This document shows, in pieces, positions 1 through 11,448 of a DNA stretch of 64,000 nt (positions within the stretch are counted from its first letter, which is position 1; every line of letters begins with the position of its first letter). The translations under genes were made by a program, and so were the position numbers. A model generated the notes under the pieces. The model searched no databases, was not told the origin of the DNA, and was given only the letters and a program-made list of their open reading frames with translations. The stretch comes from Balanoglossus misakiensis. Its lineage: Eukaryota > Animalia > Hemichordata. The stretch is from the NCBI GenBank assembly GCA_040954595.2, contig CM082576.2, positions 12,961,129-13,025,128 of the forward strand, written 5' to 3'.

Positions 1-108
1 GTTCGACCACACTCAACTTCCATCCCGTTTGTAGGATATGAGAGTAAATATCTCGCCAAAATGAATAAACGGTAGAAACCGATTATTCATTTTGGCGAGT
101 TTTGCCCC
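1..108. mobile_element. Partial copy of the ~350-bp palindromic TTAA-flanked MITE family
   Basis: Closely matches 12555-12660 and the reverse complement of 20117-20220, including the internal ctcgccaaaatgaataa...ttattcattttggcgag inverted repeat. Confidence 0.8.
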
Positions 109-380
109 TTTAATATTTTAGTGATTTTGGGTATGCATAAAAATAAATGAACTGTCTCTCTTGTTTTCTGTAACAGGGTGTAGCTAACAGAGTGAATTTT
201 AATGCTGTGAACCGATGTCGGTTTTAGAAATCTCCCTTGGTCTCTCAGATTGGACAGTAAAATATGGCGAGCAAAGACACGTGAAAGAATTTAGTGACAC
301 TTAAATGCAGGTGTACCCATGTATGTATAAATGCGGTGGGGAAGCTGTAATGGTAATGTCTGCTTTTTTGTACCCACTAG

Positions 381-3300
381 ATACGTTCCACATCAATCCA
401 CAAGTTAAAGTGGTCTTGGAGGAAGAAGATGATGACGATCCAGATGATGATGATGAAGGATGCAGCTGTGTGGTTGCCGTCATGCAGAAGGATCGGCGAC
501 GTCAGCGAAAGCTGGGCAAGGAGATGTTGACCATCGGCTTTGCAATTTATAAGGTAAGTGCATGACTGTAGCCAATTGAATGCAATCGTAAGTTTGCCAT
601 CACTTATTGGTAAGTGACTGTATAGGTCAATTGAATGGTAAGTTTGCCAATATTGTAGTCACACTTGAAGATGAATATTCATGTGAAGACCTTAATGCAA
701 AGAATTCAAAATAGGAAATCAGCCTTGTGTGTTTGTGTGCTTGTTTCGACACATTCAGTTCACTATTTGTCTTGGGTCAGATTAATGGCTCACAAGGAGC
801 CTGAACCCTTTAATCCTGTGTCGAGACAAGCATACATTGTCTGTGTAGTCTCAGTATGTGAGGATGGCCATTGTAATTTTGCCCCAATCACACTTTTCTG
901 ACCAAATCTCTCACTTCTCTGGTTCAGATTGAGGAGAATACACCAACACCATTGCCCAAGGATTACTTCCTGTACAATGCTTCCAAGGCACGATCCAACA
1001 CCTTCATCAACGCCCGTGAAATAACTGGCCGCTTCAAGCTGCCAAAGGGCCAATACGTCGTCGTGCCATCGACCTTTGACCCCAATGAGGAGGGAGACTT
1101 TTTAGTGAGGGTGTTCTCCGTGAAAGAAAGCAAGGCAGAGTAAGTATTGGGAAATTCATGACAAAAAAAAATTTTTTTCGGAGAGTTTTGGTGTAATCAG
1201 ATCCCAGATACTGATTCTTCTGAATGTACTGCAGGTAAATAGCTGGGCCAGTTGCAAATGTACGCACCATCCTATCGATAACTTCTGGTATGCCTCTCAT
1301 GTAAGATACATACCCCTTGACTAAATTTTTTGACTTTTTGTTTTCAGAGATGTTGATGAAAAGACCGGCGTAGTTGATGTAACTCCCGAGGTATGCCAGA
1401 TTTATTCAATCACTATTAAATTTCACCATTTAAACAGTGACATAGATGCAGAATTCATGTATATGCCATCTTAGCAATCTAGTGGAGGTCAGAGGTCAGG
1501 CTGCCATTATGTCTGGACCGTTTTGTGGAATGAGTCTTGAGTCCTGAATGTGATGGGATGTTGTGTAGATTTTGAACGGATGATTTGCTTTTGTGTACGT
1601 GTGATGATAGGTTGAACTCAAAATTGATGTTGAGTTGTTGGTATTTAAGTTGTTAATGTGTAGAGAACTGTTTGAAGATGTTTGAAGGTGTCTAACATAG
1701 CAACATAATATGTTTTCACCAAATGATTTTTTCCTCGTGAGTGTATTTCAACCAGTGGGACATACTTTTTTACTCGGCATTCGAGATTGCATCTTTTTTT
1801 TGGGGGGGGGGGGATGTGCAGTGCACAGCAAACAATTTTTGTCTCCACTATTTGACTGCAGGTGTAGCATTTTTAGGTGTATTTTTGCTGATTTGCTCAG
1901 TTCATCTGATTTCAGGAAATCAGGAATTGTTTGTAGAACCTTGTAGCACTGTGTTGCTAAGTTGACAATGGAGCTTGTGTTTTCTGTTTTAACAGCATTT
2001 AAAAAAATTCTCAATGTTTTACCTTTTTCTACTGAAAAAGCTCTTGTCCTACTTTTCTTTCGTTTTGAAACTATCAATTTAATAGTAATAGTGCAGAACT
2101 AATTAAAGTACCTAGTATTAACATAATAATAACATAAAACTTTAAATTGACTTATGTGAACCGTTTATCTATATCAAAGTATTCATGGTTTTTGCTGCTT
2201 CAATTCTGTTAATCTTGTAAAGTTGTTCAAGCTGTAAATAACATTGCCTAAAGTCCAATGCAGTAATACGAGTGCTTTTTATGTATAGTTGCTCTGCTTG
2301 CTTTGCTTTTGTTATCCTCTGTAAATGCTAACCTTGCATGTTCCTGTCTCCGCAGAAAGGTGCTAGTGGTAGTAGACATGCTCCTCCTGGGCACACCTCT
2401 CATGTATGTTTGTAAAATAACGTAACTTTCATAGAAATAATCGCTCTTACCTAAACCACGTTTTTTATACCACATTCATGTCATTATTTTTCAACCACCA
2501 TTCACTATTATCTCTCGTTCTTCCCCGTTGTCATGTCATCTTTTTTTCTTCATCGACTTCATCCATCTCTTCACACTTCACGGGCTCCATCTTTCACATT
2601 CTCATCACCTCCTGCATTGTGCTTTTAAAAAAACCCACCCAAGTTGCCAGCAGCGCCCTCAGGTGGTGGCGGTGAAGGTGATATGGATATCCCAGCTGTA
2701 CCAACTGGGGAGGTAAACTAGGCTCTTCAGAGAGGGGAAAAAAGGCTTGAAATGGATTTTGTATGCCACTGACTTAATTTAAAACCTGTAAATTTTAAAG
2801 AGGTGTTCAAGTAATCAGTAGCAGTCTTGGTTTTTTTTCTCCATAATTTTTTTTGTAATGATTCTTTGATTGCATATGGTTTGATTGTCTCACAATATAC
2901 ATTACATACTATTAAAATTGAATGGTACATGTATAAATGCTTTGAACAAGCAGTATGCAGCCATTGGCAGTGTTTAGATATACATGTAGTAAAAAAAAGC
3001 AATCAAAGGAAACATATACGTCTGATCCCTGACAGTACAAAGAACCATTGATTTGTGGGGAGGAAGGGGGTGGGAGGGGGAATGTGTATATATTACATAC
3101 TGCCACTGACTTCATGTTGCGTGACCACCAATACCAAATCATGTTTTTGGGCAATTGGTGCCTGGAGTGAAACGTTAAACAACACTCACAGGTTGTTGTG
3201 TGCGTGTGTGTGCACTGCATGGTGTGTGGCATTGTGTGCTGTATATGCATAGAACAAGTAGATTACCACTGGGGCAGATGACATAATTGAAGAAACATAC

Positions 3301-6300
3301 ATTAAAATCATTCATCTGCTGTCAATGAAACTAATATGGAAAAATAACGTCACAATTTCAATCACGAATAATTAAATGATCTATTTTGGAATATGGACAG
3401 TTTTCGGTAACAACACAGCATCACTGTCTGCCTGAACTTGTGTAGCAGAAATCATTTGCACATGGGACAGTCTTGTAACGTGTGAATATATTTGCATCAG
3501 TGCGTGCATGAAAGAGATGGGCTGTGTTCCAAGCAGACCCACTTGAATGACAGCGCAACTTACAGACACAGATGCTGGAAACAAAGTTTCATTTTCAAAA
3601 CACCAAAATAATTAATATCTTACACCAGTTTTCATACATGCAAACCTCTGCACATTATTACAATGTATATGACTGATTGAAACATTTCCCACTATGCACT
3701 CCACGGAATGATAGCAATCTCAATTCCATATCAACTTACAGTGGATTTTGATCGTGCTATTTCATGTTAATATTCCACGCGTTTTTGATATCTGTGTCAG
3801 AACATATGAGTTCAGCTCATGGTGTGTTTTGTGAAAATTAACACAAACAGACATTAACCTGTTGTTTCAGCTTCAATTTGATCCATTTCACTGTCACGAC
3901 AACAGGGGTATATTCTGTTAAAACTAAATTTTTGCAGATAAGTATTGTGGTTACAATAGTAATGGTTTCATTTGGTGACATATTTAAAGTCCAAGTGTTG
4001 TCTTATTCTTGAATATAAAAAACATTTAACTAGTATAGAATGCATAGTATAATTTCCTCTTGTCACTCTTTTGAAATGGCCATTTTTTGATCACTGTCTG
4101 ATGCCAGTTCGAATTCACATGTAAAATTATCTACACATATTTAGTAACATGCAGTTTCAAAACTATCATTTCATCATCGATTTTTAACACATTCGTGGAT
4201 AGTTAAGACTAGTATTGTGAAGTGTGTCTGAAGTGAAATGGATCATCTTGGAGTTTATACTTATCACATCGGGTTGAAACTCATCTTGTTGTTGTACTTT
4301 TCCTGATATAACTATACAGGCCGATCGTCCTTTGAGTGAGGCGGAAAAAAAACAGGAAGAGAAATTCAAGGAATTCTTCTACAGACTGACTGGTGCTGTA
4401 AGTATTCATGTGCACTGTACACTGTAGTTGGGGTGGATGGGGTGAGGGTGGGGGTGGGGGTGTCGCACAGAAAGCAGACGCTGCATGTGTCACGGACGTT
4501 AGACAGCACTGAGACACAAATGAACCTGACTGGGAAATATTTCAGACGCAGTTACCGTCTCTGTGTTTAAACCCTCTGTTACAAGTAATCCTGAGGGCGG
4601 AATTTGAAACTGGGAATGTCAGTGAATATAGATCTGAATTCTATTTTGTTTATCAGTGCACGGGACTGTTTATTGGGAAACAAAAGCTCAGCTGTGCATG
4701 ACATGTCCCCCCTTTTACACACGCGAGGAGGTTGAATGGAAATTTGGGCGGGAATGGCTGAAAGTGAACCCGGCTATTAAAGTCTCACTGTCAGACACCT
4801 GGGTAATCTCACCATCTGTGTCTGTGTCTTCTCACTCACCTTTGACCTTTGTTTTGCAGGATATGGAAGTAGATGCATGGGAACTGCGCGACATCCTGAA
4901 TGCCGCTCTGAAGTCAGGTGAGACAGACAAATGCGCACAATTATTGACAAAAGAAGTAGAAATTTTACCATTTCACTGAGAACAAATATAAAATAATCAA
5001 CTTCTAGTTTCCATAAAACTAGACATAGAATCTACCATCAACAAACCTCCTCCCATCAGAATTACTTCTCATCAAATTTATCATTTTCCCATTCTGTTCA
5101 TTTCTCGTGTGTTTTGTCGATCATCTGGCAGACTCAGACATTTCTACAAAAATCTTCTCTATCATCCATGCCTGAGTTAAAGCAGTACAAGCCAAAGAAT
5201 TTAGAAATGGAATGCTAACCCTCCTAATATTGCTTACCAAGTCTGTTTGATTGCTACCGGTCGATATTATTTTATATTGTTTACTGCCATTTACATATAT
5301 GCCATGATTTCATACCCTGTTTGTTTTCCTTTTTTGAAGTGATCATTAACATTTTATTTGTTTTTCTGTCTGTCTTCATGTCATGTTCAACTTCTCTAAC
5401 CATCCTTGCCCTTTGAATGCGACGCCCTGGAATAAAATAAATATATATAAACGCATATACGACCAGACCGTAAGTTACCTAGGATACGTGACTATCGAAC
5501 GTGAAAAAAAGAATGATCCAAGAGACAATCTTGCTGATCTCTCTTTCTCACCTGCATTGTACTCTACACCCAACTTTTTCAAGAGCACAACTTCATGTTC
5601 TCCTACCCCTCTCAACGAATAGTTTGTCCACTGTCAGCACTGATAAAGGGCCTGCACGGGTGCAGCACATTGTTTTGAAAGGGGTGTACAGGTGCTCTCC
5701 ATCTCTCTCTCTCGCTGTCATCCACATTCTTTGTCCTCCTGTAATCTGATTCATGGGCATTTTAACCATCTCTTAACTGCCACTCCATCTCACATGAACC
5801 GAAGACTTTGGTGAGCATGTATAACGTTAACATGTATTAAAATGATATGTCTATGTCAGCCCTGTGCTTAATTACTGGTGTTGTCTATATGGTGAATGTA
5901 TATAGTGATATGATAACATGTACATGTGTATCTGTAATGGTGTTCTCAGATCTCTGTATAATTTGTGCTGTATGTGCTGGGAACTGTATTCTAACTCTTA
6001 CATAGTGTATCCAGTTGGATGGCAGTACATGATTTGCTCAACCCTTTCACCCCCAGTTCCTTCTTAAGAGGTCCAAACCTACCATAGAAAACAATGGGTT
6101 TGGACTGAATCACGGTGGTGAAAGGGTTAAAGTGGGTTGGTAGCTGAGCCACAGAAATGAAGTTTGAATGTATTTTTGTCTGGGCAGTGTGGCCTCGTGG
6201 TTACTTCAAGCCTCTGTTAGAACCTCAAAACGTCACCTGAACAAACTGCATTCATGAAGTATGAATAACAAATGTACCAACTGAAAAGTCTCAGAATGAG

Positions 6301-8960
6301 ATGTGTTATATGACATTGTGTTATACTGCCATCCTGCTGGAATATATTGGTAGCCTGTTGGTTGTTGGACTCAAGTGTTTGCACATGTGGATATCATTTA
6401 GAATTTGTATCAATTAATTATGAATGCACTGCAACAAGTTCTGGGTACATTCTTTTACTGTGATCTCACTTCCAATATGTCAAAGACCTGTATGAGAATG
6501 AAGGCAAAAAAAACCTGTCATTTTACCTAGAATGTTTGAATTCAGGGTGAAACTGTGAATAGGGGCTACAAGCTTTTTGTGGATACATGAATCAGAAACT
6601 GGGGGACCATTGCAGTGCTGTAGCAATCTGGTGATATGTCTTCATTCTCATACATGTATTAGTGGTATATATCAGAGATTTATTTGTAAGTGTTTAAATG
6701 TTGTACGTGTAGTTGGTATTGTCATCGATATGCTGTATAGGCAGCCAACAGACCCTGCTTTCAAACCCATACGGGTAGCGGTAAAGCTATGCAGCAATAT
6801 ACATGTAGTGCACTCAGCTGTTATTTACTAGTTTTATTTGTTGTGTATCAATGTCAGTTTTGTATTGTTGTAGGATTATACATAACCAGTTATTTGTACT
6901 AACTTGTTTATCTGTTCTACTGTGTCAGTGCATTATTCAGTTGTTTTGTTGCTGTTAGTGAAAAATTAAAAACATACTGTGCTTAATATTAGATCCTAAA
7001 ATGTCTGTGTCAGTTATCCTGTATGTGTAGTGCTTTGTGCTGTTCAGCGTATAGTTGCAAGCAAAGAAATTAATCGTAAAAAATAAACTGCAGTTGTAAT
7101 TATTGTTGCGTACATAATTCATTTGTGTGGCAAAGTATATATAGAAGCTTTTATGGTTGTTTTTATTGTTTATAATTAGCTTATAGTTGACTAACTCATT
7201 GTGACAGCATAAACCAACCATCCTGTGAAATTTTGGAACAGCTCGGGTCATCACTGGGGCATGTCTGTCTGCACAAGGGTGGTAAGCAACTTACAGTAAC
7301 AGACAGCATCCAAGAAAGTGCACTTTCTGAATATTTTCTTCTACTTTCTGTCAACAGAACTCAAAGCTGATCAAGGCTTCACTGTGGAATCCTGCAAGAG
7401 TATGGTGTCCCTCTTTGACGTATCCTTGACTGCTCTTGTCTCCTCAGAAAGTTGACAGTGTTGCATGGGCGGTTTAACCCTTTCACCACCATGGTTCAGT
7501 CCAAACCCATTGTTTTCTATGGTAAAATTGGACCTCTGAAGAGGGAACTGGGGATGAAAGGGTTAAGTTGCACTCCCTTGAGATAGTGTAAAAACTCATT
7601 TGTCAGATTCCAAATGGTAATTGCGTAGCCCATATGAGTTGATGACTTTTTTTACCCACAATGCAATTTTAAAGTGATTTGAGTTTTTTGTCTGGAGTAA
7701 AAAAAAACTGTTTGAGGCAGTGAGCTTTGCATATTTTCTTGAAGCTGGTCTGTCAAGGAAATGTGTTTTTGTTTGCAAAGCCTGCAAGTAGCTGAATTGA
7801 AGATTGTGTGCTATATTTGAAACCTTGCTGTGTGGTAATACCTCTGGGTTGAAGTCGTTGACCTCGTGTCACCTCCTTGTCTGTCAAGTGGTTTACCCGT
7901 GGTCTAACATATCGCACGTTGATGGAAAAGTCTGTGTTAAAATTGGGTCATTTGTGCCGCCTGGGAATATTCCTTAACGCAATACCACAGGATGACATGT
8001 CTGGCAAGTTGGGCTTTGAGGAGTTTAAAGGCCTGTGGCTGGATATCAGGTCCTGGAAGGTAAGACAGCACGGGTGTGGAAGATATGTAGAGTATTTTGG
8101 TCGTGTCGAATTCTGAACACTGAATTATGATTAGGCCAAGACCTGTCCTCTTTTGCTCGGTCATTGTCTTATAAGATGAGAAAATAAAACTTGAGATTGT
8201 CTCCTGTAATTGTCTTTGTGTTGATTTTAACCCAACTTTTTGCTTTAATACAATTGATTGTAGCATTCTTTGTTGTCAGGGTGTAAAAAAAATTCTGCTG
8301 TGTGAGGCTATCTTTAAGAGTTGCAAAAATGATGTTGGTCTTATTTGGATGGCCAGAGTTCAGTGAAATCTGTGTGTGGTTGAGTGCAACAGTGTGTCTG
8401 ATTTTAATAGTCTCAAGTCTGTGACAGCTGATAAAGTGATCTTTAACATTGATCCCGGAGTGTCCGTTTTCAAATCTGAAATGGTTGTTTTAGTAGACAG
8501 AGATATCAGATACCACTGAATCATACAGTTGGAATTTTCTGGTGTCATTTGTTTCACCAGATCCTCAATAGACCAAATGATTCATAGGATAGGACTGACA
8601 TGTTTCAGAGATCAAATTCATGCCACCATCACAATTATTTGATGGGGATGTATTAATTTATATTATGTTTTATAAAACATGCAGAATGTGTTCAAGAAGT
8701 TCGACACGGACAGATCTGGCTCCTTCAACTTGTATGAACTGCGCGATGCCTTGCGTAGTGTTGGTAAGTGTCAATGTCTGTCTGTTGTCCATTATCTGTG
8801 GTGGCAGATATATCAAGAGAAGACCAGTTTAGTCTGAGTCTCGTACAAGGAATTCTTCAACTTCAGATGAAAGGATGTTAATTTGGTCAAATACATGTAG
8901 TATTCATTGGGACTGTCTATCTAAATTGATAAAAGGGATATTAGTTCTGCCTTTTGGGCT

Positions 8961-9013
<53 letters not shown>

Positions 9014-10119
9014 AGTACTACCTGTATTTCTGTAGCACTTTTGTTCTCTACGCGAATCTCATTATATTGTGCTTTTCCTGGCATCATGCAATTCACAATG
9101 TTGTGCTTGACAACAAGGCCTAAGAGTATATGCCAAAGAGTATGCACTGTGTATGTAATGACTAGTACTGTTGTTTATAAAGTCCGGACTTTGATTCAAT
9201 TTTAAACAGGCATTAACAGCTTTCGGACTGATTAATTCCCCCGAAATATAATGAATTTTTCAATTAACTTTTTTTCCTTGATAAATTTGCATCTGTCTCT
9301 GTCACTATCAACAGGTTTCAAGTTAAGTAACAAGGTCCTCAGTTCTCTGACGCTTCGCTACGCTGAGAGGGACGGCAAAATCGACTTTGATAACTTCATC
9401 CACTGTGCTATCAAGTTGAAGGGAATGTTCAGTGAGTACAGTCTATTATTTTGTATGTATGTATGTATGTATGTATGTATGTATGTATGTATGTATGTAT
9501 GTACCGGGGTATGTATGTATGTACACGTATGTATGGATGTATGGATGAACGTCCACATCAAAAACTTGAAAACCGCTGCGCGTATCACCTCGATATTTGG
9601 TGTGCAGATGCATTACGGGCTGTAGATGGGATTTTGTTCAAATGAAGTTGTCATTGCCAAAAAAAAAATATGGTTTGGTTTCGCATTTGTCATCAGAGAT
9701 GCTGACCACCACCCGTTTGTCACCCCCACTGCTCATTTTCCACAGTGCTCATTGCCATCTTTTGCTTTGAATTTCACAGAGGCGTTCAAGTCTCACGACC
9801 AAACTGGGAGTGGCATCGCCAGACACGGCATTGATGATGTGAGTACTTTTTTGTGATTGCTTTACACATTTCATAGCTGAAAAAATTGTCAGCAAATTTT
9901 CAAACAGGAATTATTAGGCCAAAGTTGCGCACTTTTTTTCATCCCCACTGTGATTTCATGTATGTGTTTTGTACAACTCATTAAAATATCTGACACTGTA
10001 CTTAGAATGACGGATCACCAATTATCTCACAAAAGGAGTTTAAAAAAGTGCACCTTTTTAATCAACTGTGATGTTTTTATTATTTCTTACAGTTTATTCA
10101 GACGACCATGTATTCCTAA
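381..10119 (+). CDS. Classical calpain large subunit, paralogue 1 (3' part: CBSW/C2-like domain and penta-EF-hand domain; 5' end upstream of window)
   Basis: Frame-consistent GT-AG exons 381-553, 928-1139, 1348-1390, 4320-4397, 4860-4917, 7358-7419, 7991-8059, 8685-8763, 9315-9431, 9780-9838, 10093-10119 (TAA). Motifs TFHINPQ, acidic loop, [35 protein letters not shown] and EF-hands [29 protein letters not shown]. Confidence 0.95.
2356..2403 (+). CDS. Candidate alternative cassette exon of calpain 1 ([16 protein letters not shown])
   Basis: ctaac branch point, tgcatg, pyrimidine tract and cag acceptor; 48 nt, phase 0-0, no stop codon, gtatgt donor. Matches the phase-0 host intron. Confidence 0.65.
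2644..2712 (+). CDS. Candidate alternative cassette exon of calpain 1 ([23 protein letters not shown])
   Basis: Starts at the first AG after a ~200-nt AG-free pyrimidine/YCAY-rich stretch; 69 nt, phase 0-0, open frame, gag|gtaaac donor; GC-richer than the flanks. Confidence 0.65.
5467..5469 (+). CDS. Candidate 3-nt microexon of calpain 1
   Basis: cag|ACC|gtaagt, with upstream tctaac branch point, pyrimidine tract, TGC motifs and a ~125-nt AG-free zone. Confidence 0.55.
5805..5810 (+). CDS. Candidate 6-nt microexon of calpain 1
   Basis: aag|ACTTTG|gtgagc, with upstream ttaac branch point followed by TGC, a ~110-nt AG-free zone, and gcatg just downstream. Confidence 0.55.
6042..6125. mobile_element. 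~85-bp piggyBac-like MITE
   Basis: ccctttcacc...ggtgaaaggg terminal inverted repeats flanked by tcaa/ttaa; close to the reverse complement of 7478-7562. Confidence 0.8.
7420..7990 (+). other. U12-type (minor spliceosome) GT-AG intron in calpain 1
   Basis: 5' splice site GTATCCTTG; branch site TTCCTTAAC 12 nt before the end of the intron; no long pyrimidine tract. Confidence 0.92.
7478..7562. mobile_element. 85-bp piggyBac-like MITE with TTAA target-site duplication
   Basis: TTAA-CCCTTTCA...TGAAAGGG-TTAA; the paralogous intron has a single ttaa at about 25939. Confidence 0.85.
8963..9011. repeat. Poly-T homopolymer
   Basis: Uninterrupted T run of about 49 nt in an intron. Confidence 0.95.
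9453..9522. repeat. (TATG)n microsatellite
   Basis: Directly visible tetranucleotide array with one interruption. Confidence 0.9.
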
Positions 10120-10789
10120 GAAGTGTGCCCAACTCCAACGCACAGATCTCTTTGAATTTCAATCTCAAGTTTTAAGGATGTATGCTTGATCCCCAGAACT
10201 CACCCGAAGAAAAAAAAGAATTAAAAGTAGTGACAATGCCAATTGCTGCATAGAATTTGTAAAAAAAATTAACGTAATTTAAAAATTATTACGAATAAGT
10301 GCAGCAGGCGTAGACTGAGTATCTGATGCAGTGGCATTCTTCTATATTTATTTCTCTAGTTAATTTTTTTTTTATATGATTCAACACCTCAAAGTCAAAT
10401 TATAACCAGTGTAGTGCCAAGGCAGGTCTTAGGTTATTCGGACTTTTTTTAAATCTTGCCCATTTCTTACTTTTTTTAATGCAACACAATTTTTCAAAGA
10501 ATCAAACTGAAATTCCAGGACTGGTACTTCTTTTGAAGTTTTCAGTAAGTTCTCTGGTCCTGGCTGCAATTTGCGTACTCTACACGTTTTTATGTTTCCA
10601 TTCCGAAGTAAGTTAACGTTCAGAAGGGCAAGGTTAGTAAAGCCACCGCTAGTCAGTAAGATTTTTTAAAACTTCACACGTTAATCAAACTATGGCGTTA
10701 CGGTTTATTTAAGATTTATGGCAAACGTTGAAAGTAGTATCATGGATTACGTCAAACCCTGTGAGTAAAACCGACACACATCAAATTAA

Positions 10790-10944
10790 AGGTACATGGT
10801 CACCTCCAATTTATATACATCTGAGTGTTCTAAAGAACATACATTGTATGGTGGCACTCTGTTTTTTCACTTGTGCCACCCACTGAAAATCCGTGATTGG
10901 CTAGATATCAGTTTGCCATGGTAACTGTAGGTGACCGTTTACCT
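10790..10944. mobile_element. TTAA-flanked (Kolobok-like) MITE in the calpain 1 3' region
   Basis: ttaa-AGGTACATGGTCACCT...AGGTGACCGTTTACCT-ttaa; imperfect 16-bp terminal inverted repeats with AG..CT ends. Confidence 0.7.
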
Positions 10945-11442
10945 TTAATACTCTAACGGTGCGCAAGTACCACATTTGAAAAAAAAATCATGTTCTCAAA
11001 CTCTCGACATGTACATTGAACAAAGAAAGTTAAGTTAAAGACACCAGTCTCAGGTATTTCTTCACGACTCAGCATTACTGTTTCCACCGATGTGCATTCA
11101 AAGAATGCAGAACCCACACCATGTTTTTTATTTGTGACCACAAGCCGAATGAACAATTCAGAATGGACGCATTTGACAAGAAACCAACTGCCCCACCACA
11201 AAAGCAACGAGTCTCCACCATAGTCGGTGTTGATGCATTCAGTCAAAGCATGTTCTATGTGGCAACAAACCCTTGATTAGGTTTTTACAAGGACTTCGCA
11301 TCATTCATACTACAATTCACATCTCACACAATGAGAAAAGTCCTTTTTGATTCAAAGGTGCTATGTTAGAAGATTGACAAGCGCTCAATCAGAATAGCTA
11401 CAAACAGGGACAATCCTGCCGTCTTTAAGTGGAAGTTTTAAC

Positions 11443-11448
11443 AATAAA
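11443..11448 (+). terminator. Candidate polyadenylation signal of calpain 1
   Basis: AATAAA inside a block (aataaataggacactg) that is conserved with the calpain 2 3' region at 29407-29412. Confidence 0.5.

Noticed and set aside
665-901. 78-aa ORF repeated almost identically within the 22838-23209 ORF
   Set aside because: Lies within a calpain intron; the identity reflects nucleotide-level homogenisation rather than protein constraint, and there is no recognisable domain.
3871-3907. Possible extra cassette exon (tttcag...ggg|gtatat) in calpain 1
   Set aside because: 37 nt would shift the frame, and the donor is weak.
8875-9645. ORFs with poly-Phe, poly-Lys or MYVC repeats
   Set aside because: Artefacts of the poly-T run and the (TATG)n microsatellite; only 9315-9431 is a real exon.
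9670-9710. Minus-strand ctgatga...gaaac resembling a hammerhead core
   Set aside because: No pairing stem II and no stem III or cleavage triplet; chance match.
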